Positions 1 to 14,359 of a stretch of 64,000 bases of DNA are shown in pieces; within the stretch, counting starts at the first letter, position 1; the number at the start of each line of letters is the position of its first letter. The translations under genes and the position numbers were made by a program. A model generated the notes under the pieces. That model made no database searches, was not told where the DNA came from, and saw only the letters and a list, made by a program, of their open reading frames with translations. Source of the stretch: the human T2T-CHM13v2.0 reference genome, Homo sapiens; the NCBI RefSeq assembly GCF_009914755.1, contig NC_060932.1. One strand, 5' to 3'.

Positions 1-469
1 CTTTTAATTTTCTCATAACTAAAGTTTTGATAAAATTATTTATTACTCATTAAAGGAATGTATAGTTGTGAATATATGTCTTTTAAACATATCTACATGT
101 TAAATTATTTTAGGGAAGCCTCATTTTTTTAAACTTATTTTTATTCCTGCACACCAGTACAGAGCTTTTTCAATTAGGTAGCATTCCATTAAAATTTTCG
201 TTTTAATTTGATGTCCATGAGGACATAAAGCTTTTCAGAATATCTGTATTGGCATTTTGTCAGTGATTTCTACAAGAATAAGAAATGAGATGGAAATCAT
301 TAGTAATATTGGAAAAACAACAGCTGTTACTGTTTATGTACACTTCCAACAGCAAGACTAGAAATCTCCACGGTTGTTAGATAAACCCAGTTTCACTCCT
401 TTAAATGTTCACTAACATTGCAGGAACACCTATTAACATCCAAACAAAAAGTTGAAAGAAGTCTTTTCT

Positions 470-570
470 GTATATGTTATATACATATATATTATATATA
501 CACATACACATATATACATATATACACTATGTATTTATTTGCACTTATATATAAATGTATATACATGAAT
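470..570. repeat. (TA)n/(CA)n-rich degenerate microsatellite
   Basis: tatatgttatatacatatatattatatatacacatacacatatatacata. Confidence 0.8.
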
Positions 571-1099
571 TTTTAATTTTAAGCAATTATATTCTCCACA
601 ATAATCTTCATGAATTAGTAAAGATTATTTGGTGTTTGATGTTTAGAATCCTTTCTCTTTTATAGTATTAAAAATATATATGTCAATTTTGAGATTAACG
701 TAGTCATTTTTAAAGCAACAGAGCCTATGGGTTGTTAAGTTTTGTCTCATCAGTAGCCAAGCTGAGCCATACAAAGCCTTAAAAAAATGAGCTCTATGCC
801 TGTTACTTCAAAGTAACTACTGAGAATCAACTAAGCTTTTCATTCACTCTTCTTTTCAATCTGCTCCTAAAATATAGGCATCTCCCTGGACAAACACTGA
901 ACAAAACATTGCTTCCTTAATATACTGTGATTCTTTGTCACTGATTTAGGAATATACCCCTCCCTTTCCTTTCAAAATTTTACAAAGTGCCTTCTGGAAT
1001 TGCAGCACCGTAGTTAGCTACTTTCATACAACTTCAGTTCTCTCCAGTGTACTATTCACCTGTTTCATAATTAATACCTATGTCTTCCCCAAAGACATA

Positions 1100-3150
1100 A
1101 CTTCCCTGCTCTCAACTCTTTTTTCTCTCACACATCATTCTTTGTGATGTGTCCTTATTTTTCTCAAGTAATGATTCTAGTCCTATTTTATCTACTTTAG
1201 AGGAAATATTTTTGAGGACCATGTCTATTGAGTTCTCTATTTTGCCCCTTCGTTTTGTTCTCAAGTTTCATGCCAAGTTATGCCTTCATTCACGAAAACA
1301 CTGAGATCTATGTGAATTCATGATTAATCTCCTCATTTTCCCCTTCCCCAGACCTCTTTTCACTATAGCTTTCTCTGAGCCCCTCTGGATCTTATTACAA
1401 CATTAAACTTTGTTCCACCCATAACTGCTCTTTCATTCAAATCACGAATTCAAGCACCCCATTAGTTGTTCCATAGTATGTTCTCTGTGCAGCTAGTTTG
1501 TACAACTATCCTTATGATTACTGCTATTTGATCTCATTGGAGTCTTCAATTCGTTAATCTTTCTTTATTTCTTCCAGTTCATCAACCTTCTTTTTATTCA
1601 CTTCCCTCATTATCTAAATTACAAATACTATTATTTCAATAACATTCTTGCTGTTATCTAAAGATCTTTATTCCTCTGCCATGAGATCTCATCATTTTAG
1701 CAACATGTAAACCTAGGTAAACCATATATTTTATTTATTCATGCTTATACCCAATACCTTAGCATGCTCCATAAAAGGATAGGTGGGTTCCACTACTTAT
1801 TCAAAATTATCAACCTCGAATCAGGTCTTAGTAATATTGGATATCTTTACAAATTTTCTTTGGCTATCTCAATCTAATTCTGAGCTATACAGGCATTCCA
1901 CTTCCCAGATAAATGGAATTTTCTCAATTTTCTGCACTTAATACACAAACTCAACTATGTATGCACCAATTTACTTATATCCTGTTTGAATTATATGATT
2001 TACCAGTCTTTACTATCTCTAGAAATATTTTGGGTTCCATCACCTCCAGTCTGATAATCAAGCTAAATGATCCAGTTTTATTTATCTCTTCTTCCTATTG
2101 CCTAATACCTATTCTTCTTTAGCTACTACCCAATCTACTAGATCCCATGCTAAGTAAAATATTCAATATATAAGCCTATATTTACTAGCTTTTTATTCTT
2201 ATCTCCAACTTGGTCTTTAAGGCACTCTAATTACACTTCAATTTCCATTTGTTTAACCACACAACCCTTGCCAGTGACAAAATAGTCCTTCATGAAAATT
2301 AACTTGATGTTTTTGTTCCCTATTTTACTTAGCCTTAAAAATCATTTCACACTGTTGACCACTTACTATGTTTTTCTTTTTCTTGGTGTCCTTGACATTC
2401 CTCTCCTGATTTTCAGCCTAATATTTTGCTTGTTCACTGTCTATCTCCTTACAGAATAATCTTCCTCTTATTTTGTGTGAATTTATTTCTCAATCATTAG
2501 GGCCATTTTTTTTCCTCTCACTCTAAATTTTCTCCTTAACAACTTTCACTCATGTATATGAAGTCATGTTTTGCCATATAAAGATAACTTTCATGTTTGT
2601 ATTTTCAGCCTGATTTTTCTGTTATATTGACCTTTACATCTAGCTTCTCAGGTAGCATTTTAAATAGAATGCCTGAATGACAACTCATTATCAATAAGCC
2701 ACCAGAAAAATTCATATTTCTTCCTAAACATGGATCTTCACTTGTGTTTTTCAACCCTATGAACTCCACGACCTTCCCTCCAGCCATGTAAGGTAGAGAG
2801 CAAGTAGTCACACTTGAAACCTTCTATAGTGACATCTTCCATTTCCAGTCTCTGACAGTTTCACCCATGATTCATATGCCTTTTACATTTTATCTGATAT
2901 AACCTTTATTTTAAAATCACATTCTTGTTTTCCTGTATATATCCACTAGCTCCTTATTCATCTTACTACATTAGGATATGATCCCTTGCAATCTTTTGCC
3001 ACAGAGCATGCAGGTTAATTTATGTAATTTAAAATCTATTGTTACCTCAGTTTTAAGCATCTATTGGTTTCCAGTTGCCAAAAAGTGATAAGAATACTTA
3101 AAATTGTCTACAAATTGCAGGATCTGGTAACTACCTATCCACTGAAGGTA
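1100..3150 (+). mobile_element. Highly degraded L2 LINE fragments
   Basis: Pyrimidine-rich sequence with L2-like motifs, e.g. 'tattgacctttacatctagcttctcaggtagcattttaaatagaatgcc' (~2620-2670); boundaries approximate. Confidence 0.45.
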
Positions 3151-3504
3151 ACTTTGTACTGTCAGGCTTAAAAAATAAACAAAACTATAGAATCCATTCT
3201 GAGTCATGTTCAAGAAGAACTAGCAGTGTTTTATTTGTCCTAACTGGTATGTTTCCTAAACAAAGAGCCCATGTATTCTGAGAGTATCTTGCCCAAGGCT
3301 GGAGTGGGAAGTGAAGAGGTAAGTACTTGGAGTCACTTATTTCTTTTTTAAAAAAACTCAAGAAATTGGCCTTTTTCTTGTTTACAAATTTGAGTGTTCA
3401 GTTTGATAAAGAAGGTAGGTTAAGGGAGTTTGGATTAATAATCAGTGGTGAAACAATCTCCAAAATAAATTCAGGGAAACTTGATTTTAAATATGATTTT
3501 ATGA

Positions 3505-3665
3505 TTATATGTATGTGTACATATATATGTGTCTGTATATATATATATATGTAAATATTTATTATATCAAAATATATTGGCATAATGTGTATGTATAACA
3601 TATGCATCATATGCATAACATAAATATCTTATATGTCTATCATATGTTATATGTCTATATTATTA
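3505..3665. repeat. TA-rich low-complexity/microsatellite
   Basis: tatatgtatgtgtacatatatatgtgtctgtatatatatatatatg. Confidence 0.75.
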
Positions 3666-4272
3666 TCAATATTTTTTTGAAAGGTAATTAATGACATTAT
3701 CCTAAATATTTTTTTACAAATGTAATTAATAATTTTCTACCCATGGAAGATGTTTAACTTAAACCTTAAGATGACATTTTCAATGTTATATATTGTAAGA
3801 TATATAACAATAAACTTACAAACCGTAGCTAGTGAAATCCTAGGTACCCTAGTAGAAATGCATAATGATAAAGCTAAGAAAATTGATGCTATAAGCATTG
3901 TGTATTTAAACACACTAAGTGAAATTGTTATACTAAAGTGAAATCACAGACTATATACATATAACAGATAAATTATTGTGTTGAACGTACAATAAACTTG
4001 CTTTTTTAAACTTCAAAATTTATGCCTTGAGTCTTATTCAGATTATGTTGAAATATGAATAAAAGAACAGAGAATGGAGTATTTTAAAAAGGCAAGTTCT
4101 GATTTCTGGAAGGCATTGGAAACTACACTTAGTGGGGTGACTTCATTATGATCTAGATCTAATCCTTAGGTTTGTAAACTATGGCAGGTACTAAATTTTT
4201 ACTAAAACACAACCCAACTTTACATCTATTTTATGCTAAATGTGGCTGGAGAAGAGTACCTTGACTGCATAA

Positions 4273-4505
4273 TTTTTTTTTATTATTATTATACTTTAAG
4301 TTTTAGGGTACATGTGCACAATGTGCAGGTTAGTTACATATGTATACATGTGCCATGCTGGTGCGCTGCACCCACTAACTCGTCATCTAACATTAGTTAT
4401 ATCTCCCAATGCTGTCCCTCCCCCCTCCCCCCACCCCACAACAGTCCCCAGAGTGTGATGTTCCCCTTTCTGTGTCCATGTGTTATCATTGTTCAATTCC
4501 CACCT
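4273..4505 (-). mobile_element. Young L1PA (L1HS/PA2/PA3-like) 3' end, ~230 bp, 5'-truncated
   Basis: ttattatactttaagttttagggtacatgtgcac...gctggtgcgctgcacccactaactcgtcatct...gttcaattcccacct matches the antisense 3' UTR of the youngest L1PA families. Confidence 0.92.
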
Positions 4506-4509
4506 TGAT

Positions 4510-5342
4510 CTCTACCTATTTTAACTGAGAGTAAGCTTCTAATACTGTCCCCTTCTTTCTCCCGTATTTCCTTATCTTCTCACCATTCTACAAGTTTCTA
4601 ACACTTCCTCTCTATCTTCACTCATCACTGATAATTTGTTTTCTGTTTCTCTGAGAACAATAGAAGCAATGGTAAAACAAGTCCCACAAGTCCCCTATGA
4701 CCCAGAAGTATTCGTATCATGCTCTCTGCTTTACTCATTGCTTTGTAAGTGGACCTGACTCCTGTCTAAGGCCAAGCCTTTGTGCATTAGATTCTGTCTA
4801 CTTTCATCTGCTCAAGAACATTGCTTCAACGATTATTTTCTAGCTCCCCTGCATCGTTATTGACTCACCTGTTTTTCTTATTGAAATATTTATTTGCAAA
4901 CTTTCAAAAAATGTAGATTCACATTACATTCAAGATACAATCACTTCTCACTACTACCATGGCTATCACCCTGGTGCAAGGTACCATCGCTTCTTGCCTG
5001 GATGATAGAAACATATCCCTTACTTTTATTCTTGCTTCAGCCCACATCAGTCTAGCCTCCAAACAGCAGCCAGAGTGATTCTTTTAAAATGTAAGTCAGA
5101 TCATGTTAAACCTTTTAGCAAAATTCTTTAATGGTTTTTCAACTTACTCAACATCAGAATCACCAGAGTGGCCAATAATATCAAACATGATTTGGTTCTT
5201 TTTTAACTCTCTTCCTTCTCACTCTGTTATTCACATACTCCTCATATTTGTTTCATTATCAATTGACCTCTCTGCTGTTTCTGCAACATGCCAGGAATGC
5301 TCTCATGGAGAGGGTATTTTATTTGTTATTTCCCCTTTCCAT
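4510..5342 (+). mobile_element. L2 LINE fragment (5' part, interrupted by L1MA)
   Basis: 'ccaaacagcagccagagtgattcttttaaaatgtaagtcagatcatg' is a typical L2 motif; the element resumes at 6480. Confidence 0.7.
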
Positions 5343-5344
5343 TA

Positions 5345-6480
5345 ATTTATTTTCATTTTATTTTTAATTGGCAAACAATAATTTTACATATTCATGAGGT
5401 ACAATGTAATGTTTCCATACATGTATACATTGTAAATGATTAAATCAGGGTAATTCATCACCTCTATCATTTATCACTTATTTCTGTTTACAACATTCAA
5501 AACATTTTCTTCCAGCTATTTTGAAATATAAAATATTATTAACTATACTGCCTCTATTGTGCAATAGAACACCAGAACATAGTCCTCCTATCTAAATGTA
5601 ACTATGTACCCCTTGATCAACATCTCCACTTTCCTCTTCCACTTCTTTGTCCCAGACTCTGGTAACCACCATTCTGCTCTCTATTTCTATGGGTTCAACT
5701 GTTTTAGCTTCCACATATGAGTGAAATCATACAGTATTTGTCTCCCTGTGCCTCACTTTTTTCATTTAATATAATGTCCTCTACATTCATTCATGTTGTT
5801 GCAAATGACATAATTTCTTGGCTTTTTTATGGCTGAATATTATTTCATTGTGCATATCCACCACATTTTCTTTATCCTTTCATCTACTGATGGGCATTTA
5901 GGTTGATTCCATATCTTAGCTCTCATGAATAGTGCTGCAATAAACATAGGAGTGCAGACATCTCTTCTACATACTAATTTCAATTCCTTTAGGTATATAT
6001 CCAGTAGTGGGATTGATAGATCATATAGTAATCCTGTTTTTTTATATAAGGAATCACCATAATGTTTTCCAAAATAGCTGCGGTAATTTACAATACCACC
6101 AACAGTGTTTTAGCATTCCCTTTTCTCCACATCCTCACCAACACTTGCTATCTTTCATCTTTTTGATAAAAGCCATTCTAAAAGTTTTGTGGTGATAGCT
6201 CATTGTGATTTTAATTTGCATTTCTCTGATGATTAGAGATGTTGAATTTTTTATATTTCTGTTGGCTGTTTGTATGTTTTTACCTCAAACTAAAAAGCTT
6301 CTGCACAGCAAAGGAAGCAATCAATATAGTAAAGAGACAACATACAGGATAGAGAAAATATGTGCAAATCATACTTCAGATAAAGAGCTAATGTCCAAAA
6401 TATACAAAAAAGTCAAACTACTCAATAATAAGAAAATAAATCACCCCATTTTAAAATAGGCAAAGGACATGAATAAAAAT
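5345..6480 (-). mobile_element. L1MA (L1MA4-6-like) 3' fragment with inverted 5' segment (5345-6279 minus; 6280-6480 plus)
   Basis: Antisense L1MA 3' UTR and ORF2 end, then a switch to sense ORF2 'ctcaaactaaaaagcttctgcacagcaaagg...ggcaaaggacatgaata'. Confidence 0.88.
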
Positions 6481-6830
6481 TCCCCAGATAAGCTATTTTC
6501 TTATTTTAAAAATCTCTTGGCTTGCTTTCTCACTTCCTTCAGCTCTTTATTTTAATGCTACCTTCTCAATGAGGGTTTCTTTGCATTTCTCTTTAAAATT
6601 ACAACTTCTGCTCCCTGATATTGAATACCACATATTCTGTTTATGTTTTCTCCATAGCAGTCATCTATTTTTTTATTTTACTTTTTTGTGTATTACCCAT
6701 CTATTTCAACTGGATTGCAAATTCTAGGATAGCAGAAATTAGTTTTCCTTTGGTCCATTACTGAATCTCCAGTATCTAGAACAATGCCTGGCACAAACTA
6801 GTGTTCAATACAAGTTTGTGTAATGAATAT
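6480..6830 (+). mobile_element. L2a 3' end
   Basis: 'tctccagtatctagaacaatgcctggcacaaactagtgttcaatacaagtttgtgtaatgaat' matches the L2 3' terminus. Confidence 0.8.
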
Positions 6831-9479
6831 ATACATTTATTAATTTACACATTTAAAATATCTCCAGTTAAGATATAAATTAAGCCAAAAGTCAGTTAGT
6901 CTAGTATATCCCACTCTTAAATTTTTCTAAAATAGGATAAGATCCTTTAATCTCTACAATCTACTTCAAATACAGCCTAAAATAAAAGCTACTGTGGGAA
7001 ACATAATACTTGGCAATGGACATAACATTTGAACTTCAAACCTCCGTTCCAAACTGACTGGGGATAAATGCGTCATTCCCTCTTTATAATAAGCTTTCTT
7101 ATTTGCAGTCTCAGATGATAAACTAGACATGGAAATATTATACTTGCCTTTTGTCTTTAGGTATACCCCTCCAAGCCAGACTAAGACATACTAGTTGTGA
7201 AGGTAATACTACTTTAGCTACAGCTGTATTTGTTTTAGAGATAATTAGTTTACCATCTGGCATTTGAGGGAGTGTATTACATTTGCTTTAGGGGGAAAAC
7301 AGAGAAATGATCACAATTGTGTAACCAAGCAAATTCTTCCAATGTGCACAGTGTAGAAATGACATATAGCACTTACTGTACAGTGCTTTAGCAGTTAGAG
7401 TGATAAATGGGTAAACAATCTGTTTATATGTGCAAAGATCTGTGCAGAAAATATTAGTTAGGGACTATTTTTTGTTGGCAACCTGCTTCATTGTGCATTA
7501 ATTTACTATGCTTATCAATTGGATGATCCTGGATTCGGTTTGAAAACTAATTTACCACACATGAATTTATAATGAACAACTTAAAGTGATAAGATGCTTA
7601 CCTATTTAGGTGGAAGTAAAAGCTCTAGGAAATTAAAGGCATAAATTCTAATCACATCTTTCAATAATAAAATGCAGTATGACTTGCAAAGTCATTAAGC
7701 CACACATATGTAAATTCCCCAACAAATGTATGCAAGAAGGCTGTAATGCTCATGGTGCTCCTGTTAAAAATAAAGCTGTTAATAACTGCTTATGAAAAAT
7801 GTATCTAGGACAGAATAGCAATAATGTTATCAAAGTTATTGAGAAACTCTTGTGCCAGGAAAAGGCCAGATAACAAAGGCTGTCAGTGTTGGCAGATGGA
7901 ACATTATTATATGCTGCAATAGGTTTATCTTTTCTGCCTGTTCCATCATGTGGCATTTCAATAACCCACTATCAATAGGAAGCTTTACAATGTATATCTT
8001 AGTCAGACATTCTCATAATAACCAGAGCAGTAAGTATGCAGTCTAATGTTGAATCTGGCTTGTTCCAGCTGATATTTCAAAACAAGGTTCTTAGACATCT
8101 CCAAATGGAGGCAAACAAGAAAAGGTAATATATCCATAACTCTTTTTGTCTGCACAATGGTAGCATTTTTCAGAGCCATTATTCAGGAATACAAACAAGA
8201 AATGTTTTCACCTAAGAGCTTTGCTTTTGATGTTGCCCAAAATTCAGGTTTCAATTCTGAATTACATAGCCAATAATGGTTTAAAGTATTGTTATAAAAG
8301 GCCTAATGTTGTGAAGCAAAGAGTAGGCAAACATAAGCAGAGGTTAGTAGTAAACTAATATAACAAAGATCATTGTTTTCATTTTGCATTGCTAATTCTA
8401 TTACTTTTTATTACAATAAATCTGAATTCCTCACCAGAAGTAAATTTTCTGGATCTTATTTGTAAAGGTGGCTCTCAATATTACTTAAGGAATATTCCAA
8501 AAGAGGAGAACTCTAAAAACAAATGCCCAATAAAATAAAGGCCCAAATCAAATATATGGTAATGTAAACATGCTGTTCAAGATTTGGTGCTTTTATAAAA
8601 ATACATTAATAGATTTTGCCAGGACTGTAATCTTGATATTATGCATTTCAAACAATAAACAACCAGGTAACTAATAATTTTAAAAATATACTGAAAACTT
8701 AGAGAGGTCAGTGAGGGAACATTGTGAGTGCTAGGGCATAGCTAAGGCTTCCATTTATATTCCAAGTATTATTTAAAAAAATTACAATTCACTCCATTTC
8801 ATAGTTGGCAGTTTTGATATTTTCCAAAACTTTTGAATTTGAAATTGTTGTCATGTGAAGTGAAAAGAACAATCAGAGAATCAATAGCATGCGTTTCTAC
8901 TGTGGTTCAGTTACTAAGTGCAAAATAAGACAAGCTCAGGAACCTGGATACTGTCAGATTATTAGAGAGTACAAAGAAAGTTACACTTTAAATTTTTAAT
9001 AAAAATTATCACATTGATTTTAATGAGGAAGCCATTCCATAATCATAACAAATTTTCTTAAATTATTTGAATTTTGTTAAAACATACTCATTCAATTGTT
9101 TAAACATGATTTATTTTTATTTTTAGTGAAATGAATTTACCCGAGTCTGGTGTCCCTCAACTTTATCTATTTAGTTTCTGCTTTCCTGTAGTTGGCAGAC
9201 TGTTCTGTTATACCTGATACCAGCAAACTAGGGTAAGATGTAAAGTCTTTGTTTTGATTTTACAGGTCTAATCATGAGTTATTGCAGGTCACATAGAGAC
9301 TAAGGAATGAGATTGCATCATGATGTGTGTTACAGGACAAAGTGTACACTACATTCTAATAAGTGGTCAGGTTTTCCAGGATTGCAAAGCCCCTTTTCAA
9401 TCCAATATATCCAAAAAGAAATTTGCCAATACTCTTCATCGTGGCAATTAAATATTTCCACCACGTATGTCTTCTGAGA

Positions 9480-10180
9480 AATCATTATTCACTTGCCAAG
9501 TTGAGAGTAATCTGCTACTTCGACCTCCCATACATACATGGCCCTGTCATTCATGTTACCTCATCATCCCTCCATTTTGTCCATTGTCCATTTCTCTTCA
9601 TAGCCACTACACCTACTTTATTCAGACCATTGGCTCATGGTTTCTTCCACAGATGGCTCTAGCGGTCCACTAAATGCTTCATTGGCCTCAATCTTTAGCC
9701 AAAGTCATATTTATAAAGCATAAATCTGAGCAGGTTTTCGACACTAATAAAAAATCTTTAACGGGTCCCCATCTAACATCAGGATAATATCAGAACTCCT
9801 TAAGGTAATACAACCAAACAGTCACCTGCCTTCTTCTTGATCTCTGTCCACATCTATTAGCACCCCTGTCTGACACTTCACCTGGCAGTCATGCCAAATT
9901 ATTTGCGGTTGCCCAAATAGCTAGACTTCTTTACTCTCAGCCTTTATCTCTGATATTCTGTCTTCCTGGAAGATTCATATTTTCATCTAACTTGTACTTA
10001 ATGTTTGTATATCAAGAGCTTTTCCAGGTAGCAGTTATGTTGCCCTTGCCCCGCCCCCGTAAATGAGTCAAATCCCCTTAGAAAATTTAAATATACTATC
10101 CTATACATGACTTATATATTACTTGTACTTGTGTTTTCACCTGTTTTTTTTATTTTCGCTTAAATTGTTAACTCACTGAA
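9480..10180 (+). mobile_element. Degraded L2 fragment
   Basis: 'agccaaagtcatatttataaagcataaatctgagcagg' and 'cagcctttatctctgatattctgtcttcctggaa' resemble the L2 3' region. Confidence 0.55.
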
Positions 10181-10259
10181 TCAATACATTTTGCTTGTTT
10201 TATTATCTAGGAGGTTACAGTTTCTCATTATCCATTTACCTAACAATATAGTTTAGTTT

Positions 10260-10981
10260 TGTAACTACCCAACAGGTTCACCTCGCCCACTGCCTAGGCA
10301 GAACTGATTTATCAAGACAGGGGAAGTGCAATAGAGAAAGAGTAATTCACACAGAGCAGGCTTTGTGGGAGAGCAGAGTTTTGTTATCACTCAAATCAGT
10401 CTCCCTGTGAATCCGGGGATCGGAGTTTTTAAGGATAATTTGGTGGGTATGAGGCCAGTGAACTGGGGCTTCTCATTGGTCAGGTAAGAGATAAAATCAT
10501 AGGGAGTCAAAGCTGCCCTCTTGTGCTGAGTCTGTTCCTGGGTGGGGGCCATAAGACCAGATGAGCCAGTTTATTGATCTGGATGATGCTAGCTGATCCA
10601 TCAAGTGCAGGGTTTGCAAAATATCTCAAGCACTGATCTTAGGTTTTACAATAGTGATGTTATTCCCAGGAGCAATTTGGGGGATTTAGAATCTTGCAGC
10701 CTCCAGCTGCATGACTCCTAAACCATAATTTCTAATCTGGTGGCTAATGTGTTTAGTCCTACAAAGGCAGTCTAGTCCCCAGGTAAGAAGGCAGCTTGTT
10801 TGGGGAAAGGGCTGTTATCACTTTGTTTCAAACTATAGACTATAAACTAAATTCCTCCCAAAATTAGTTCAGCCTATGCCCAGGAATGAACAAGAACAAC
10901 TTGGAGGTTAGAAGTAAGACAGAGTTGCTTAGGTCAGATCTCTGTCACTGTCTCAGTTATAACTTTGCAATGGCAGTTTCA
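10260..10981 (-). mobile_element. LTR8 solo LTR (ERV1)
   Basis: TG...CA termini; the reverse complement begins tgaaactgccattgcaaagttataactgagacagtgacagagatctgacc as in LTR8; perfect 4-bp TSD GTTT (10256-59, 10982-85). Confidence 0.9.
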
Positions 10982-12689
10982 GTTTCATCCACTAACATTG
11001 GTTACTATTTATTTGTCTATTATGTACACTACATCTAGCATTTTAAAGCAATTAGTGCCTACATCAAGGTTTACAACATGATTTGGTATAATTTAGCACT
11101 TATCTATTACAACTCTTGTATATTAAAATTATTTTGTTATTTTTACATATAAATAAATTAGAATGTAGATATTATATAATATGCTGGAAGTAGAGATCTA
11201 GTAAGTAATAAAATCAGAAGGTTTTATTTTAAATACTAAGAAATTTCTTCTGTCACTAATCTTTACAGTTTCTCACTAATTTTGTAATGTAGGAGAGTTT
11301 AAATAGTTAAATAATTGAGTATTTTTCAGTATGAAAAATACATACCTGGATGAATAAATAAGAAAATTCAAGGCATCTAAATTGCCATGTTCTGCTCATA
11401 TATTCTATCCTTTTTAGCATCTTAAAGGAAATAATTTTAATCAGCATTTCAGAATTGCTTATTTTTACTATATAAAGAAGTAGCTCCTGCTAGAATAAAA
11501 ATTATTTCCAATGTTAACGATTTTCATGTCAAAGTTTGTAAAAGTTAAAAATGTATTTTCATGAAGAAGCCAACTGTTTACTTTTTAATAATTATGAGTT
11601 ACATTCAGAAGTTGTTAAAAATGCAATGCAATTTGCCAAAACAAATAGGAAACCAGATTACATGTAACCATGTGTATGTTTACTCCTTATCCACTTTGCT
11701 ATAAAATATATGTTCACATTTATATTTTATGTGATCGCATCTGTTTAAATATCATTCTACTTGAATTTTTAATTTTTTCTATATAAGTGGTAAATTTAAA
11801 GTGATTCAAGTCTGTGTTTGCATAATGTAATTTTTAAATGATAGTAAAATAAAACAGGTGCAGAACTTGAAATTTTTGCAGAGTGGATTCACTGGCTTGT
11901 ATTCAAAAAGCTTCTAAAAACCTGAGTTACCTGGTTAAGGCATCTGAAGCCATCTAAGTGATATACCTCCTCCCAATTGTATCTATGCTCATAAAACTTA
12001 AGGATGCTGCCTGGTTGACAAAAATCAGAAAGCTTGTCAGTTAATTTACAAAAGTATATGACAAGTCATAAAATATAGAGGTGGTATTTTAAGTAGAAAG
12101 AAACTGAACACAAATGGAAAACCGAAACTATAGCAAAATTAGGCATTTGTTCTGTGGACCCCTAAGATAATATATCCCTCGGTGCATTCCTCCCAGAAAG
12201 CACAGAGGCAAATATAAAACATTCTGATATTTGAATAAACACCACAAGCAGAAGAGGTTCAGGGCCATGGCATCTGAATACCTTAAAGTATTGTAGACCC
12301 ACTAATTTGCAATGCAAAAATTTCAGTCAGCTTTTCAAAGGATGAGTGAAAATTGATGCTTCCATATGTCAAGGACTGAGACAATTTTGATAGAATAACA
12401 CAGCAGAAAAATGAAGTCCTTTAGAGATAAAGATTTTCATGTTTGTCCAACAAAATTTAAGTGAGCAATAACTTTAGGAAAGGCACTGTGCTAATTTCTG
12501 CAGATCTGTGCTGGGGTGTACAAATTGGCCTTTTGATAAGCACTTCTTGACAAGTTTTTAAGATACATCTGAATAAGCACCTCATTTTCTTCTGATTTTT
12601 ATTCTTTGAAAAGATCACATTGTTCTACTACATCAAATATAGTGGCTTGATGTGAATATGAAAGGAAATGTAAGGACCAGAAAATGAAG

Positions 12690-12860
12690 TGTCCAGAAAG
12701 TCAAGAAAAGAGAGCTCATGCAGGGTAGTTGACAGTTTCAAATACCTGAAGGTGAAGCCAAAGGAGGAGAAAGAAGATATTCCTTGGATTATATTATTAT
12801 GGAGTGCCAGATAATTTTGCAGTGAGTGTTTCAGTAAATACATTTAAGGAAAGGGAAAAT
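12690..12860 (+). mobile_element. Possible L3/CR1 fragment
   Basis: 'gacagtttcaaatacctgaaggtgaagccaaaggaggagaaagaagatattcc' resembles the CR1/L3 3' ORF region. Confidence 0.4.
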
Positions 12861-13689
12861 TATTGACTGTAATCAGACAGAGTTGACAGAAAAATACTTA
12901 GTTTACAGTTCTTTCCTGTTAGGAAGACTAATACAGAAAGTAAGCTGACAGGGTGGCTGGGACATGATGAGATTTTGTTGTTGGTGCTGTTTGTGGTTTA
13001 GTTGTTTACTTACTTCATTAATCAGCATGGGAGAGCCTGGGCATTATTATAGATAGAGAAGAAAAATTAGCATGATGAAAAAAGAATGGAAATGCCAAAA
13101 AAAAAGAGAGAAAGAAAACGTGATGAAAAATGTGACCCCAACAAGTCAAGGAGAAATTTAGTCTTAAAAATGAGATGTACTTCCAAGTTAAAGCAATGTG
13201 TGAGAGAAAGAAAGAGAGTGAGAGAGAGAATGAGACCATAAAAGTTTGGAAGTACAAAAACAAAAAATATGAGGAAACTTTAATAATAATAAATAGCGAT
13301 TATTAAATACTTTTAAATAGTCATAGCTAAATGGCCTCAATGTTATTAGTCATATATAAACTGAAGTCATTTCAATTAGTAGTGATGCCATTTGAGTCAT
13401 ATCAAAAATGTTTTGAAAAGCCACCAGCTATGTTGTGAATTATTTCAGCTACTCTCAGAGGTTTGAGCCAGGAATCAAATGAGCAGGAAAGTGTATATGG
13501 AAGTTACCTGGGGTTGAGGAAACAGCAAACATGTTTGATAAAAAGAATGAGAAATTTTAAGGTGACGATAATGCAGTTAAGTTCTGGCTGGGTAAGAGTC
13601 AGTGAAGCTGGCTTTTTCAACCAAAAAAAAAAAATGGTTTTATAGAAAGGGACAAAAAGGGATGCCATTGTGGTTGAAAGGTAAAAAGC

Positions 13690-14346
<657 letters not shown>

Positions 14347-14359
14347 TAAACATCAATGC

